A stretch of 64,000 bases of DNA from Mytilus edulis (Eukaryota). The position numbers and the translations under genes were made by a program. Under the pieces are notes generated by a model that was given only the letters and a program-made list of their open reading frames with translations, searched no databases and was not told the DNA's origin. Position 1 is the first letter of the stretch, and every line of letters begins with the position of its first letter. The stretch lies in the NCBI RefSeq assembly GCF_963676685.1, contig NC_092353.1, positions 39,804,001 through 39,868,000 of the forward strand, read 5' to 3'. Below, in pieces: positions 13,615-25,568 of this stretch.

Positions 13615-13645
<31 letters not shown>

Positions 13646-13845
13646 CTCTTTAACACGTCCATTATATATATATCATCTATATTTATCATTAGGGAGACAG
13701 TGGAGGACCAATGGTTTGTTCTGGTCAGCTGGCTGGCGTTACATCCTGGGGCGCGAGTGGATGTCCAGGAAGTCGTCCTAGCGTTTACACTCGAATTGGT
13801 GTGTACAAAAGCTGGATGGACTTCGTGATGGCTTCAAATTCCTAA
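7577..13845 (+). CDS. Secreted chymotrypsin-family (S1A) serine protease zymogen, copy 1, 7 exons, 273 aa, apparently intact
   Basis: Exons 7577-7616, 8184-8254, 8779-8942, 9714-9792, 10833-11010, 13012-13148, 13693-13845, all GT-AG with matching phases (822 nt). Signal peptide [16 protein letters not shown], activation site KGK|IVGG, TAAHC (His57), NDIA (Asp102), GDSGGP (Ser195), C-terminal PSVYTRI. TATAAAAA at 7519 and AATAAA at 13858. Confidence 0.95.
10992..11705 (+). repeat. 45-bp minisatellite derived from the exon 5/intron 5 junction (copy 1; about 14 units plus a degenerate tail)
   Basis: Unit GGCAGAACTTGTGGAACAT|GTAAGTACATAACTAAAACAAAGTCT. Donor-position copies at 11011, 11056, 11101, 11146, 11191 (ATAAGT), 11236, 11281, 11326, 11371, 11416, 11470, 11515, 11560, 11614. 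Confidence 0.95.
13505..13568 (+). ncRNA. Type I minimal hammerhead ribozyme motif within a ~130-bp insertion in the (TA)n of intron 6, copy 1
   Basis: Stem I gtcgc/gtgac, core CTGAAGA, stem II tgcc-agaa-ggca, GAAA, mini stem III (Ag-tg-cT), cleavage triplet CTA, and a distal stem I extension ttgttaaaa/ttttaacga across an internal loop. Confidence 0.65.
13617..13645. repeat. (TA)n microsatellite in intron 6 (also 13466-13484 and 50683-50704)
   Basis: Directly visible TA runs. Confidence 0.9.
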
Positions 13846-13857
13846 TTATAATGTCCG

Positions 13858-13863
13858 AATAAA
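13858..13863 (+). terminator. Polyadenylation signal of copy 1 (conserved in all four copies)
   Basis: AATAAA 12 nt after the stop codon, followed by a T/GT-rich tract; same context after exon 7 of copies 2-4. Confidence 0.6.
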
Positions 13864-16029
13864 CATTGCAGTATAATTGTGTTATTCTATTTTTTGTTTT
13901 ACATGTATGTAAGCCAACCCTTTGATTGATTCATTGGTCTTTTTCACGTACACAGGTTTTTTTTAAGACAGAGGTCAGGCGGCTACGTGGAAAGAGCTAA
14001 ACAAGATAATTGATAGCTTCACAGATGGTAACGTCTCACGTTCTCTAGTTTAGAATTCAAAAAGTAACGAAAATGTTTAAAATCAATGCTTTCCGTCAAG
14101 CTTTTATTTTTGAAATTGTGATTTTCGAAAAATAAACGTAAAATTATAATATAAAAAATTGACAATGTTTCAAAAATCGATAGTTTATTCGAATGCGTCC
14201 TTAAAACACAATTAATCGATTTACCAAATTACTTGATAGAAAAGCAGCAGTTTAACTAATAAAATTGGTGTAAGCGATTAACTGTATATGAACAATCTTG
14301 CTTATGTTTGGTTTCAAAAGACCTATTAGTTATATATCTGGTATAGGCATGGTAATCCAATTGTGCTGCCATTCCAAGAACTATCTTCGTATATTGGTTA
14401 CGAAATATGACAGGAATCAATATTAAGAATCGAATGATAAACACAAAAAAACCTTCGAGTTCTATAATCCTGCAATTCTATGAGAAAATATCTCTATCAA
14501 ACCTCGGAATTATCTGTCAACAAGTGAATTGTCAAACCACAAACAAATAAGCAAATAGGAAGATTTGCCACATTAATATCAATATGTTGTGTACAAAAAA
14601 TGCATGTTCGACTGGATACACTCTTTGGGTAAATGTAACGATAGGCCGTACGCAGAGTTTCTATCAAGTGGAAAAATCATGGCTGTTTTATTTCTTTTTG
14701 ATGTGTTAAAAGTTTGATGCCATTGTTAACGCTTAAATAATTGATTTGATTTCAAACAAGAATGTGTGAAATTAGTAATTCCCAGTATAAATAACGATTT
14801 CAAGAATTCTATAGATATTCTGAATATGAACAAAAGTAGATGTGCGGTTTAATCTAGAAGGCAACAAATTGTTTTCAACAATAGACCGACACAATCTATA
14901 CAATATGTCGGGCAACAAACAGTCCGGAGTGCATACGAGCACAAACGCTAAACAAAAACAATCAACAATCATTTATAAATTGCAGAAGTATTTTTCCGTT
15001 TCTACACAGAACTTCCTCGATGTATTCATGTCAAAGCAGGGCCACTGTGCAAAACGTCTTTCAATCATCACTTAAATCAGAGACATCGTCAGTAAAACCT
15101 ATGGTTGCAATACACAGTTACAAGTTTAGTTTTTTTGGTCATGGATTTTTTAAAATATGAAAGGTTTTGTACAATAAATCTGATTTTGAGATAATTGAAG
15201 AATAATATAGCCTTCCAAGTGGGTTTATTTGAACATTTAAATTGTGTTATCATGTTTTATAGGCCATTGTCTGTTTGACAGTCCGGTTTTTTCACATCCG
15301 TACCGCCCATAGGTCCAGATATTAGTGTAGTGTTTTTCAACAAAGATTTGACCCATGACCTTTTAATTACATTTTATGGAAAAACGAGCCGAATTGCATA
15401 TGATTTGTTTGGACCTTTTGCTAGATAAATGTCTATGGTTTCATGAAAGGTATCACTGTATTGGATTTGAATTTCTCCTTTTGACCATTTTTGTTTTAGT
15501 TTTTTGTGGCATTTCCAACCTCCCATTTTTTTGCAATTTTGTATCAAATAAAAGCAGATTGTTGCCATGATTACACCAAGAAGAGATTGTATTTCACCAT
15601 TATAACTATTTGAAATAAAATCTATGGAAGATGTTTTTTCCAATAATATACACATGCATAACACAAATATAAAGTATTATTTTTTTAAAAGGAAGGAGAA
15701 AAGGTGGTTAGAAATTATGAGTGTCAATTTTAATTTTTTTCCTAACTGTGTATTGCTACCTATGATTGAAATACAATCCCAGTTTAGTATAATACCCATA
15801 TCAGCCTAAGGCAGTTTGTTACAGATTAATCTTTTCTGGAAAGACAAATTAAACAAGAATATGTCCATAATACACGGATGGTCTACTCGCACTATCATTA
15901 TCTATTTTCAGTGGACCGTAAAATTGGGGTCAAAACTCTTATTTAGCATTAAAATTATCATAGGAAACATGTGTGCTCGGTTTCACGTTGATTGGACTTT
16001 TACGTCCTTGCTCCAGGCAGTTCACAACA

Positions 16030-17375
16030 GATTGGTCACGTTTTGAGTAATATTGACACAAATAATGTTACTCTTGAAATGGTGAACGGTCTATTTAAAA
16101 ACGATTAGATAATTTATAAATAATTAATAAAAAATTTAGATACGACAGAAAGAGTACAGACAAAAGAAACTGGTTCATCCCGACAGCAAAATAAACCATA
16201 GTTTGATAAAAATTGTAAAGACAAAAGTTATGAGTATCACAAGGCTAGAAACTTGTATAATACAGTGAGATCAGGTGCTGATAAACTAGCAATGCATAGT
16301 ACGGTCAAGGAATACCACAAAACACTTAGCATAACTTATCAGCGGTATAGAGAAAAACTGTTCTGATCAACTGGGATCATTATCGAAAAATTACTGTAAG
16401 GTATTTTGGAAGACACCAACAAAAATAATATGAGTACAAAAAAGACAAACCCTATGTCTGTATTGAAGCAATCCATGAATGTTTTAGAATCATGAATGCA
16501 AGTGATGAAGACCATTTAAATGATATTGATATACAAGTCTGTTTAGTGGTCCAATTTATATTGAACTTTTAAATGGAGTTTTTGTACATAAATTTGGCCG
16601 ATAGTTTCCTCGTTTGAATTGTTTGACATTTGTCATTATAGGAGCATTTTATAGCTGACTATGCGGTATGGGCTTTGTTCATTGTTGAAGGCTGTACGTT
16701 GACCTATAATTGTTAATTTCAGTGTCATTTAGTCTCTTGTGGAGAGTTGGCAACCATAACACATCTTCATTTTTATCATTATAGAACAAAAGATCTTGGT
16801 ACAGACAGAATACTAAAGTAGTTTTTGAAAAACTCTCTACCATTGTGATATGCATTTACACTGGAATTTTTGGTCATAAATGCTCTTCAACTTTGCACTT
16901 GTTTGTCTTTATAACTATGTTGATCTGAGTGTCCCTGGTAAGTCTTAAGTAGACGAATCGCGCGTCTGGCGTATTAATTATTAGCCTGGTACCTAATTAT
17001 TTCTTAAACTTGGAGAGCAGGACGATTGCATCACAATGGACTTGAGGTTGTTGAAGACTTTTCTTATTTATGTGTTATCTTTAGATATAACGTTACTTTT
17101 TAGATACAAAAACAAACTTATTGACTAAGCGCAAAAATCGATGGATTTTATATATCGAATGGTTAGAAACTAAAACATTCCAATAAACTTGCAACTGAAA
17201 TGTTTTTTATTCTTTGATACACTCAATTCTTTATGGTTTTGAGGTTAAGTTTTGAGAATTTGAAAATAATTCAACAGATGCATTTGAAATTTTCTAAAAG
17301 AATTATAAAAATTATTAATACTGAACCTAAATTTGTGGTGTATGAAAAATTGGGAAAATTTCCTTTGCCAATCGA
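16030..17375 (+). mobile_element. Old degenerate CR1/L2-like LINE remnant carried in each ~12-kb unit (also about 3445-4590, 27650-29075, 53085-54490)
   Basis: Broken frames resemble KPWFDKNCK...YHKARNLYN...VFWK and LEVVEDFSYL.VIF...LQLKCF...LYGFEV...VVYEKLG; interrupted by short repeats. Confidence 0.55.
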
Positions 17376-19563
17376 GTTAGGTATAGACTGATTTCAACGG
17401 TATACTACTGTTGCCTTTATTTATTAATACCACCGGACCAAAATCTCTGCTGGTAGACAATCTGTCCCCGAGAATTCTACCAGTAGCCTAACAGCATGAA
17501 AAATAGTAGAATAAAATATAAGGTTATAAACAGGATTTGTTTTCTCTCAATTTATTGATGACTTTGAACAGCGGTATTCCACTGTTGCTTTTATCTATAC
17601 CGGTGTAAAGTATAAAAAAAAAGATGAACTCCGTAGAGCTAAGTACAGGCTGCTGCTTGAATCAAGAAATCTCTGTTATTATGTTTCAAAATTCAAAACA
17701 CTGGATGGATATCTTTTTACGAACCAGATTGCCTTTTGTGATATAAAAAAACTTGATTGAATATTGAGTTATCAGTTTTTACCTAATGGTTTGGCGATAT
17801 AGCATATTCATCTCGAGGACAATAGAATATTTGAAGGAAAACAAATGGATCAGACTATCTGAACAGAAAATCTAATTCATCATAGACTAAAAAAAAAAGG
17901 TATTTGACAAGGAAATCAGGCTTACGTATTACAAAATGTACCAAGACCATGGAAACTACGTACTTTATGTCATGAATGTGTTAGTGATAAATTTTACGTT
18001 TAATTATTTATGTCAGCATGATTCTATTGGTAATTATAGAACATCTACCCAGATATTACACTATTAATCCACAATACATCAATTGTCCATACTAGTATGT
18101 AATGCGTAATTCTATACGTACGACTTTAATTTTACAAAGAAAGTGCTTGTTTATTCTAAAATATCTACAAATTTATTTTTATCCGTTTAAAAGTACAGAA
18201 TGCATTATGCCTCATTATATTGTTTGAGTGTTAAACTTTTACCTCATGTAACACATTTATGTGTGCGTGTTATCAATAAATCTTGATAATTTTATTAACC
18301 AATCAAGGTGTCCTTTAAAGGGCAGATTAAATACAATATACTTATTCATAACATAATAAGCAAAATAAACAATAGTTAAAATATACTAATTTTTCATTAT
18401 ATTAATAAATTGTGCTGATTGTATAGAAATAGAGAGAAAAAAATCATTCACATTGATGTATATATATGTCGTGTACAAACTGCGATTTTGTACATGTTAT
18501 AACATGTAAAAATATATTGTACACGATATAACTTGCACAATCCAAACATACATGTTATAATATGTCCGAAAGTACCTCGTATATGTTATAATTTGTACAT
18601 ATACAACATATTGCTTAAACATGATTTTAACTTCTACACATTTTGAAAATGGAGATATGTTTCTTTAATTGCAACATTATTTTGCATGTTATTAACCTCA
18701 ATAATATTTTCATCATTTAGTTTTTATAATTTCTTTATACCTTTTGTAACACGTACGCAGTCAAAATACTTTTCAGTATTTTAAACTGATTACTTTATAA
18801 TGCTGAGTCTCCACTTTGAAGGCAATTTAAAATAACTGCACAATAGTTGACACTTATTAAGATAAAAGCAGATAGCTATGATTGAATTTACAATGAAATC
18901 CCTGATATGTCGAGGAAAATTTCTCAACAAACAATACCCTGTTTTCAAAGTAGATGATATATATATATAAATAACATCAAATGTCATTCGCCTCATGTAA
19001 TGTGATGTTATTAGTAATCAAAATCAATAATTTGATTCATAATATTTACATGAGTTATGCTGGAGGCAAAACACGCTGAAGAGCAGATTCGACAATTACA
19101 AAGATATTCACAATTAGACATGATGCAGTAAAAACATTTTCTTTCTCTAGATTTTTATAGAGTATGCATAGGTGGCATTGCGATAATTTTTAGCATGCTT
19201 AACAAAATAGAAGGGGAGGGGTATTATCAAAATTGAAAAAGCATTGTTCTTAAAAAGTATAGACGAAATATCATTGTTCTTTGTTATTCAATAAATTTCA
19301 AATGTATATTCTGCTTTCCTTAAAGTTATTTTATACAAGTTAAACCCATTTTAAGCAATATTTAGTACATGTTATAACACGTGTTCGTCAAACTGATAGC
19401 CGACAATAAATTACTAAATTCAAACTATAAACTGTGTTCAGCAGTAATTTGAAGTATCTCAAGCTTTTGTCCAGAGTCTATAAATTTCAATTTTAAGTGT
19501 TTATAGGTGACTTAGAAATACACAAGTGTAATGCACAACGTGCAAGTTTCATTTTACACCATG

Positions 19564-19571
19564 TATAAATA
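19564..19571 (+). promoter_or_regulatory. Putative TATA box of copy 2
   Basis: TATAAATA at the position equivalent to the copy 1 box. Confidence 0.5.
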
Positions 19572-19621
19572 GCTAAATATTTTAAAGTTTGTCACTAATC
19601 GGACATCTAGGAAAAAGAAAG

Positions 19622-22600
19622 ATGGGAGCCTTAGTACTTGCGTTTACACTGATTGTAGCTGGTATGTTTTTGATAAAACTTGTTCAAACTATTGTTTCTT
19701 TATTCATTCTTACTAGTCTATTACATTTGTGTTGGTGCTTCATATATATGTTTGTTTATGTTACCTACCCGAATATATTCAAAAAGCTCTAAAATTAGGT
19801 AATTTCATTCATTGATATGAACATATTTGATGGTATTTATTCATTTATAAAATAAAAAAATACATTAAGGATGCGTCATTTTGCCTTATGAAGTTGAATA
19901 AAAAAATAATTGTATCTTAGTGGAAGCGGGTAAATACATTTTTGGTGAATTGTATCTCAAGATTAATTATTTAAAGTTGGCTAAAATGAGAACAAGGCCA
20001 CTTGTTGGTGTATGTGTATGTGATATGTTGCATATATAATTAATTTGTCTAACATTGTATAAAGATATCCTGTTATCTCTACATGCTACTTTTGGAATCA
20101 ATTATTATTCAAAAAAATAAATTATAAACATTATTGATTTTACAAAAATGAGCAACAAACTGTAAATTATCATTGCGCGTTGTGTCTTTTTGGTTTGTCG
20201 TAAATAATCTATCGCATTTCTTACTCTTTATTTATTATTATAGCCTCTGCTGTTGACATATGGCAACCGGCAAAAGAGCTGATAGAAAGTGTAGAAAGGG
20301 GAGACAAATGGCCGGTAAGCTTTCTTGTTTGTGAATAACTGTGTATAATTTTGTGGACAGTTGTTTCGTTGGCAATCAGGCAACATCTCCTATTTTGTTT
20401 TATAAAGAAAGAGAGACAATTTTCCCTGTAGTTGGTTCACTCTCAGGGTCGAAGTCTAAAAAAGGTGTCACATTCTTTACTGTTTATATAGTATTAAATT
20501 ATAAACAGTCATTTCGGGGCCTTTTATAGCTGACTTTGCGGTGTGGGGTTTGTAAATTGTTCAAGGTCGTACGGTGACCTGCGCTAGTAGTTGTTAATTT
20601 CTGTGTAATTTGGTCTCAAATATTGCATCGGAGGACATCGCTAAATATAACTACAGATTTTTGGTTTTAATCAATGATGTCATAGCACTTGTTTTAGGAT
20701 TAGTCTCAAAATGTGTCATCATTTCTGTCAAAGTCATGATTTTCATCTGTCATTAGGCGTTTTTAGTTTTTATTTAACAGTAAAGATTGAAAGTCTTTTG
20801 GGAAAATGATCCTGATGTGAAAAAAAACAGGAATAAATGGTATTCCTCTTTCCAACTGTTGGATGGGGTTTAAAAATTGGTTTTAAAAAGGACAAATACA
20901 AATTAAAAATAGGCCCAAAATCAAGAATAGAGAATAATGGAGTGCTTAAACATAACGAAATAAGTATAATGGGCCCAAATGGAAAAGATAGATTAAAATG
21001 ACTTTAAGAATGAGAAAGAACTTGGCACATAAAGTCGCACTTTATTATGTCTGGACAGAAGGGATTAGTATGTATATTCACATATTGACAACCCTCCGAT
21101 TTTTCCGACAACTAATGTATAAATTTTATTAATATTATTATACATTTTGATATTTTATCATTATTATTATAAATTTTGATATCTTATTATTATTATGATA
21201 AATTTTTATATTTTATCATTATCATCATAACTTTTTTATGTTTATTATTATCAACATAAAAAAAGACCTTAAAAATGTGAAAGAATTTGGCACATGATTC
21301 CGCACTTTATTATGTCCGGACAGAAAGGCATAGAATGTGTATTCACATGTTGACACCCCTCCGATTGATGCATTAATATTTATAATTACTATTATTATAA
21401 ATTTCGACATTTTATTATTCTAGGTCGATGACGGGGAAGGGAAAATCGTCGGTGGTGAAGATATTTTTGATAATTTATTATTATTATCATAAAAAAATGA
21501 CCTTAGAAATGTGAAGGAATTTGGCACATAATTCCGCACTTTATTATATCTGGACAGAAAGGCATACATAGTATGTGTATTCACATCTTGACAACCCTCC
21601 GAATGTTCCTACAACTAATGCATAAATAGTTATAATTATTATTCTAGGTCGATGACGGTAAAGGGAAAATCGTCGGTGGTGAAGATACAACAATTTCCCA
21701 GCACCCTCATCAAGTGTCCCTACAAAGAAGTAATAGCCATATTTGTGGAGGTGCCATTGTGAATGCTGACTGGATTGTAACGGCTGCACATTGTGTCGAC
21801 AGTTCTAGACCGTAAGTATATATATATATGTTGTGATAACACGAAAATTCTTAACTTAAATGCCTACATCAAGATCTACTAATATATGATTAAAGTAATG
21901 AAGAACTGAACGTTGAATGACTGCAAGGGCTGGTGGATGGTCAAATGCAGTTTTATCTATATCTGATTTAGCGCTTTCATTTTAAATATTTCTGAGTATC
22001 GGTTCTTCTTTCTTGACATTTTTTAAAACCGTTTCCAAACGGATTTATATTTAGGTTTTTCGGTCTCCATGTTTTTTATTTTGTTTTGACATTGTTTTAC
22101 AAGTAAATAAAAAAACAATATTCAAGCCATGTTTTCTGGCGTTTTGCGAAGATAAAAAAAAACCTAATATACTAGTACAGCACAGCAAATGGATTATTTT
22201 GTGTTTAACGCCGCATTGACTTCATTGGCCAGTTTGTTGCGGTTAGTTTGTCATGATTGGTCGATTCCGGATTAGTTTGAGGTAACCACCGCTCAACATA
22301 ACATTTTTGAGGTTAATTCAGTGATAAAAAAAGAGAAAAATATGAAGTCAATTTGGAATTTATAGAGTCAAACCTTCTAGAGTAACCACTTGTATTTAGC
22401 AAAACCCTTTGTTATAGGACTATTAGTTGTAGGTCCCTTTGTATTGTCTTTCATATAGTGTGAACGTGTAAAACACCACAAGTCATATAAAACCACATTT
22501 TGCTCTCCCTTATTGCTGATGGATAATAAAACATATATTTTCTTTTTTCTCTGTATTCAGACAAGACTACAGGATACGAGCAGGATCTTCAGCTCATGCT

Positions 22601-25568
22601 AGCGGTGGGACAACGAGAAGTATAGAGCTCATCGTATCGGTAATGTTCTGATAATTTATTCCTTTAATGATTCAGGGTAATATATGTGTTTGTCTAGTAT
22701 TGACAAAACTACATAACAACCCAAAACACAGTTGTGTATCATAAGTTACACTTTGATTTTATGACATTATACGAAACATGGCCTCCCTTCGAAATATACA
22801 CGGTCTCCACACGGTAGACTATCCAAATATATTCCTATAATTTATAGGCTATTTTATTGAGAGATTGGACAGATCAAGCTAATGTTAAATATAAATCACC
22901 ATCATTACATTAAATGTTTAGAGTCGACAATAATGTTTATAGTTTTGATCACATACATAAAAGTATCAAAATAGAAGTAAACTTTAAGACTTTTCAGTAC
23001 CAAAAATGAAGAAGTAAGGAAGCTAGTTTTGCCCATACAAGCAGTATATATAAACGACACTCACTACAGTGAATCTGGTCAACCTTTAAAAACGTGTTTC
23101 TGGTAAATAAATTATCCAACATTGACAAAATAACTAATGACCGGATTTCCTCATTTATTACGTGTTAGGCATCACAGGAGCATAAACATAAACATGTAGA
23201 AATACCGATATGTCATGATGGACTATTTAGAATTGGGTCCGAATATAATCATTGGGCTAAAGCTAATAAGTAAATAAATAATAATATGTAAATGTTCATT
23301 AAAATACTGTTATATTTGAATTGAGCGTCACTGATGAGTCCTATGTAGAAGAAACGCGCGTCAGGCGTACTAAATTATAATCCTGGTACCTTTGATAACT
23401 ATTATATGTCAGGTGAAATTAATGTCATACAGATATACCAATGTCGAAGAAAGTAATCCTACTGGCTCTTGCGGTAACAAAACATTCCTTTGTAATATAT
23501 TCACATGATATTTGATTTGTAAAACAAATCGTAGTACAAACATTTAAAAAATAATCTGAATTTTTTTTTACTGAAAACCCACAAAATTTTGTATATAACA
23601 AGCATCATTACATTGCATTTTGGAATTGTGAAAAACGCGAAATGTAACCTTTTTATAATCTCTTTTTTGTTAGCACGAAAATTACAACTCAGGAGCTGGA
23701 ACATTCCCAAATGACATTGCATTGATGAAAATGTCATCCAGTTTGTCATTAAGTGGAAGTATTTCAGCCATTACCTTGGCAACAGGAAGTCCTGACGAGT
23801 TTGCTGGCCAGACATGTGAAATCACTGGATGGGGCAGAACTTGTGGAACATGTAAGTACATAACTAAAACAAAGTCTTGCAGAACTTGTGGACATGTCAG
23901 TACATAACTAAAACAAAGTCTTGCAGAACTTGTGGAACATGTCAGTACATTACCGAACCAAGTATGGCAGAACTTGTGGAACCTGTAATCAAATAACTAA
24001 AACAAAGTCTTGTAAAACTTGTGGAACATGTAAGTACATTACTAAAAAAAAGTCTGGCAGAACTTGTGGAACATGTAAATACATTACTAAAACAAAGTCT
24101 GGTAGAACTTGTGGAACATGTAAGTACATAACTAAAACAAAGTCTGGCAGAATTTGTGGAACATGTAAATACAATACTAAAACAAAGTCTGGCAGAACTT
24201 GTGGAACATGTAAGTACATAACTAAAACAAAGTCTGGCAGAACTTGTGGAATATGTACGTACATAACTAAAACGAAGTCTGGCAGAATTTGTGGAACATG
24301 TAAATACATTACTAAAACAAAGTCTGGTAGAAATTGAGGAACATGTAAGTACATAACTAAAATAAAGTCTGGCAGAATTTGTGGAACATGTACGTACATT
24401 TCGAAAACAAAGTTTGGCAGAACCGGTGGGGTTTCTTTGAAAGGAGCCACGTGCTCCTAGGGAATATTCTTTAAATATATATCATAAAATTGATTGAATA
24501 ATGCCAATTTTGAGACAGATGTGGAACTCATCTGTATGACCAATCCATAATAATGTGTCTCTAGTACGCCTATTGTATGAAATTGTCAATTTTTATTTTC
24601 CAGGCGGTTTACCTCCTAATTTACAATCATTAAGCATGCAAGTGCTAAGAAACAGTGAGTGTAAAAACTATTGGACTGGCAACAACATACTTGACGGCCA
24701 TATCTGTATATTCCAAGGAACTGGTTACGGTGCTTGCAATGTAAGTGATGCACATTCTTACATGAGTACTGATTAAGTTTCTGTATAAAGCTTAATATAT
24801 ATATGTTTTACAGCTTTTTCATATTTGCTATTTGGATTAAATTGTTTCTTTACTGATAAAGTGTTCGCATGAAAGTTATCTGCTTTGACATTTATCAATA
24901 TTTAACGTGTTTAATAAAAAAAAAAACGCTTCGTAAGAAAATATTTAAGATATCAAGAGAGAAACATTAGACATAAGACATGTGTGTTCAGTATGTGTAG
25001 ATGTTATAATTAAGAAATAATTCATGGGGGGCTTGAATATATCGTGATTTTACCACGGGTTGGCCCTTTATGACAAATACTTTACCATTTTAGCATTGTT
25101 TGTTTAAGTTTCCTTGTTTGTGATGATTTTCGGTTCACAAGCGTGTATTTTCCTGCAAAATGCTTATATTCTGACGTCATAGTTCCAAGACGTCGGTTAG
25201 CTCATTCATAAAAAAGCATATGACATGGGTGTACGATCGGAACAGCCCAAACAATATATTCATATTTTACAACGGGTGTGCACTCAAAGCGAGTGAAGGA
25301 CGTCATGTTAGAATATTTTTTATATAATGTTTTTTCATTTGCCAGTAATCTTTATAAATACATCTATACCCTTAAACACCTCCGTTATATTATATCATCT
25401 TTATTTTATCATTAGGGAGACAGTGGAGGACCAATGGTTTGTTCTGGTCAACTGGCTGGCGTCACATCCTGGGGCGCGAGTGGATGTCCAGGAAGTCGTC
25501 CAAGCGTTTACACTCGAATTGGTGTGTACAAAAGCTGGATGGACTTCGTGATGGCTTCAAATTCCTAA
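19622..25568 (+). CDS. S1A serine protease zymogen, copy 2, 7 exons, 273 aa, apparently intact
   Basis: Exons 19622-19661, 20244-20314, 21648-21811, 22561-22639, 23674-23851, 24604-24740, 25416-25568. Triad motifs intact; a few substitutions vs copy 1 ([23 protein letters not shown]). Confidence 0.93.
23316..23401 (+). mobile_element. Short PLE-type insertion carrying a slightly mutated minimal hammerhead motif in intron 4 of copy 2
   Basis: gcgtca-CTGATGA-gtc-ctatgta-gaa-GAAA-cgcgc-gtc-aggcgt; ttatat TSD (23310-23315, 23402-23407); absent in copies 1 and 3. Confidence 0.7.
23833..24425 (+). repeat. 45-bp splice-junction minisatellite (copy 2; 13 units)
   Basis: Same unit; two early 44-bp units; many donors varied to GTCAGT/GTAAAT/GTACGT. 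Confidence 0.95.

Noticed and set aside
14256-16046. Short ORFs recurring in each ~12-kb unit
   Set aside because: They recur only because the DNA is duplicated; frames and stops differ between units and no domains are recognisable.
23921-24337. Cys/Lys-rich metallothionein-like ORF ([15 protein letters not shown])n
   Set aside because: Intronic repeat, out of frame with exon 5, starts at a non-ATG codon and has no credible acceptor; not called as a separate gene.
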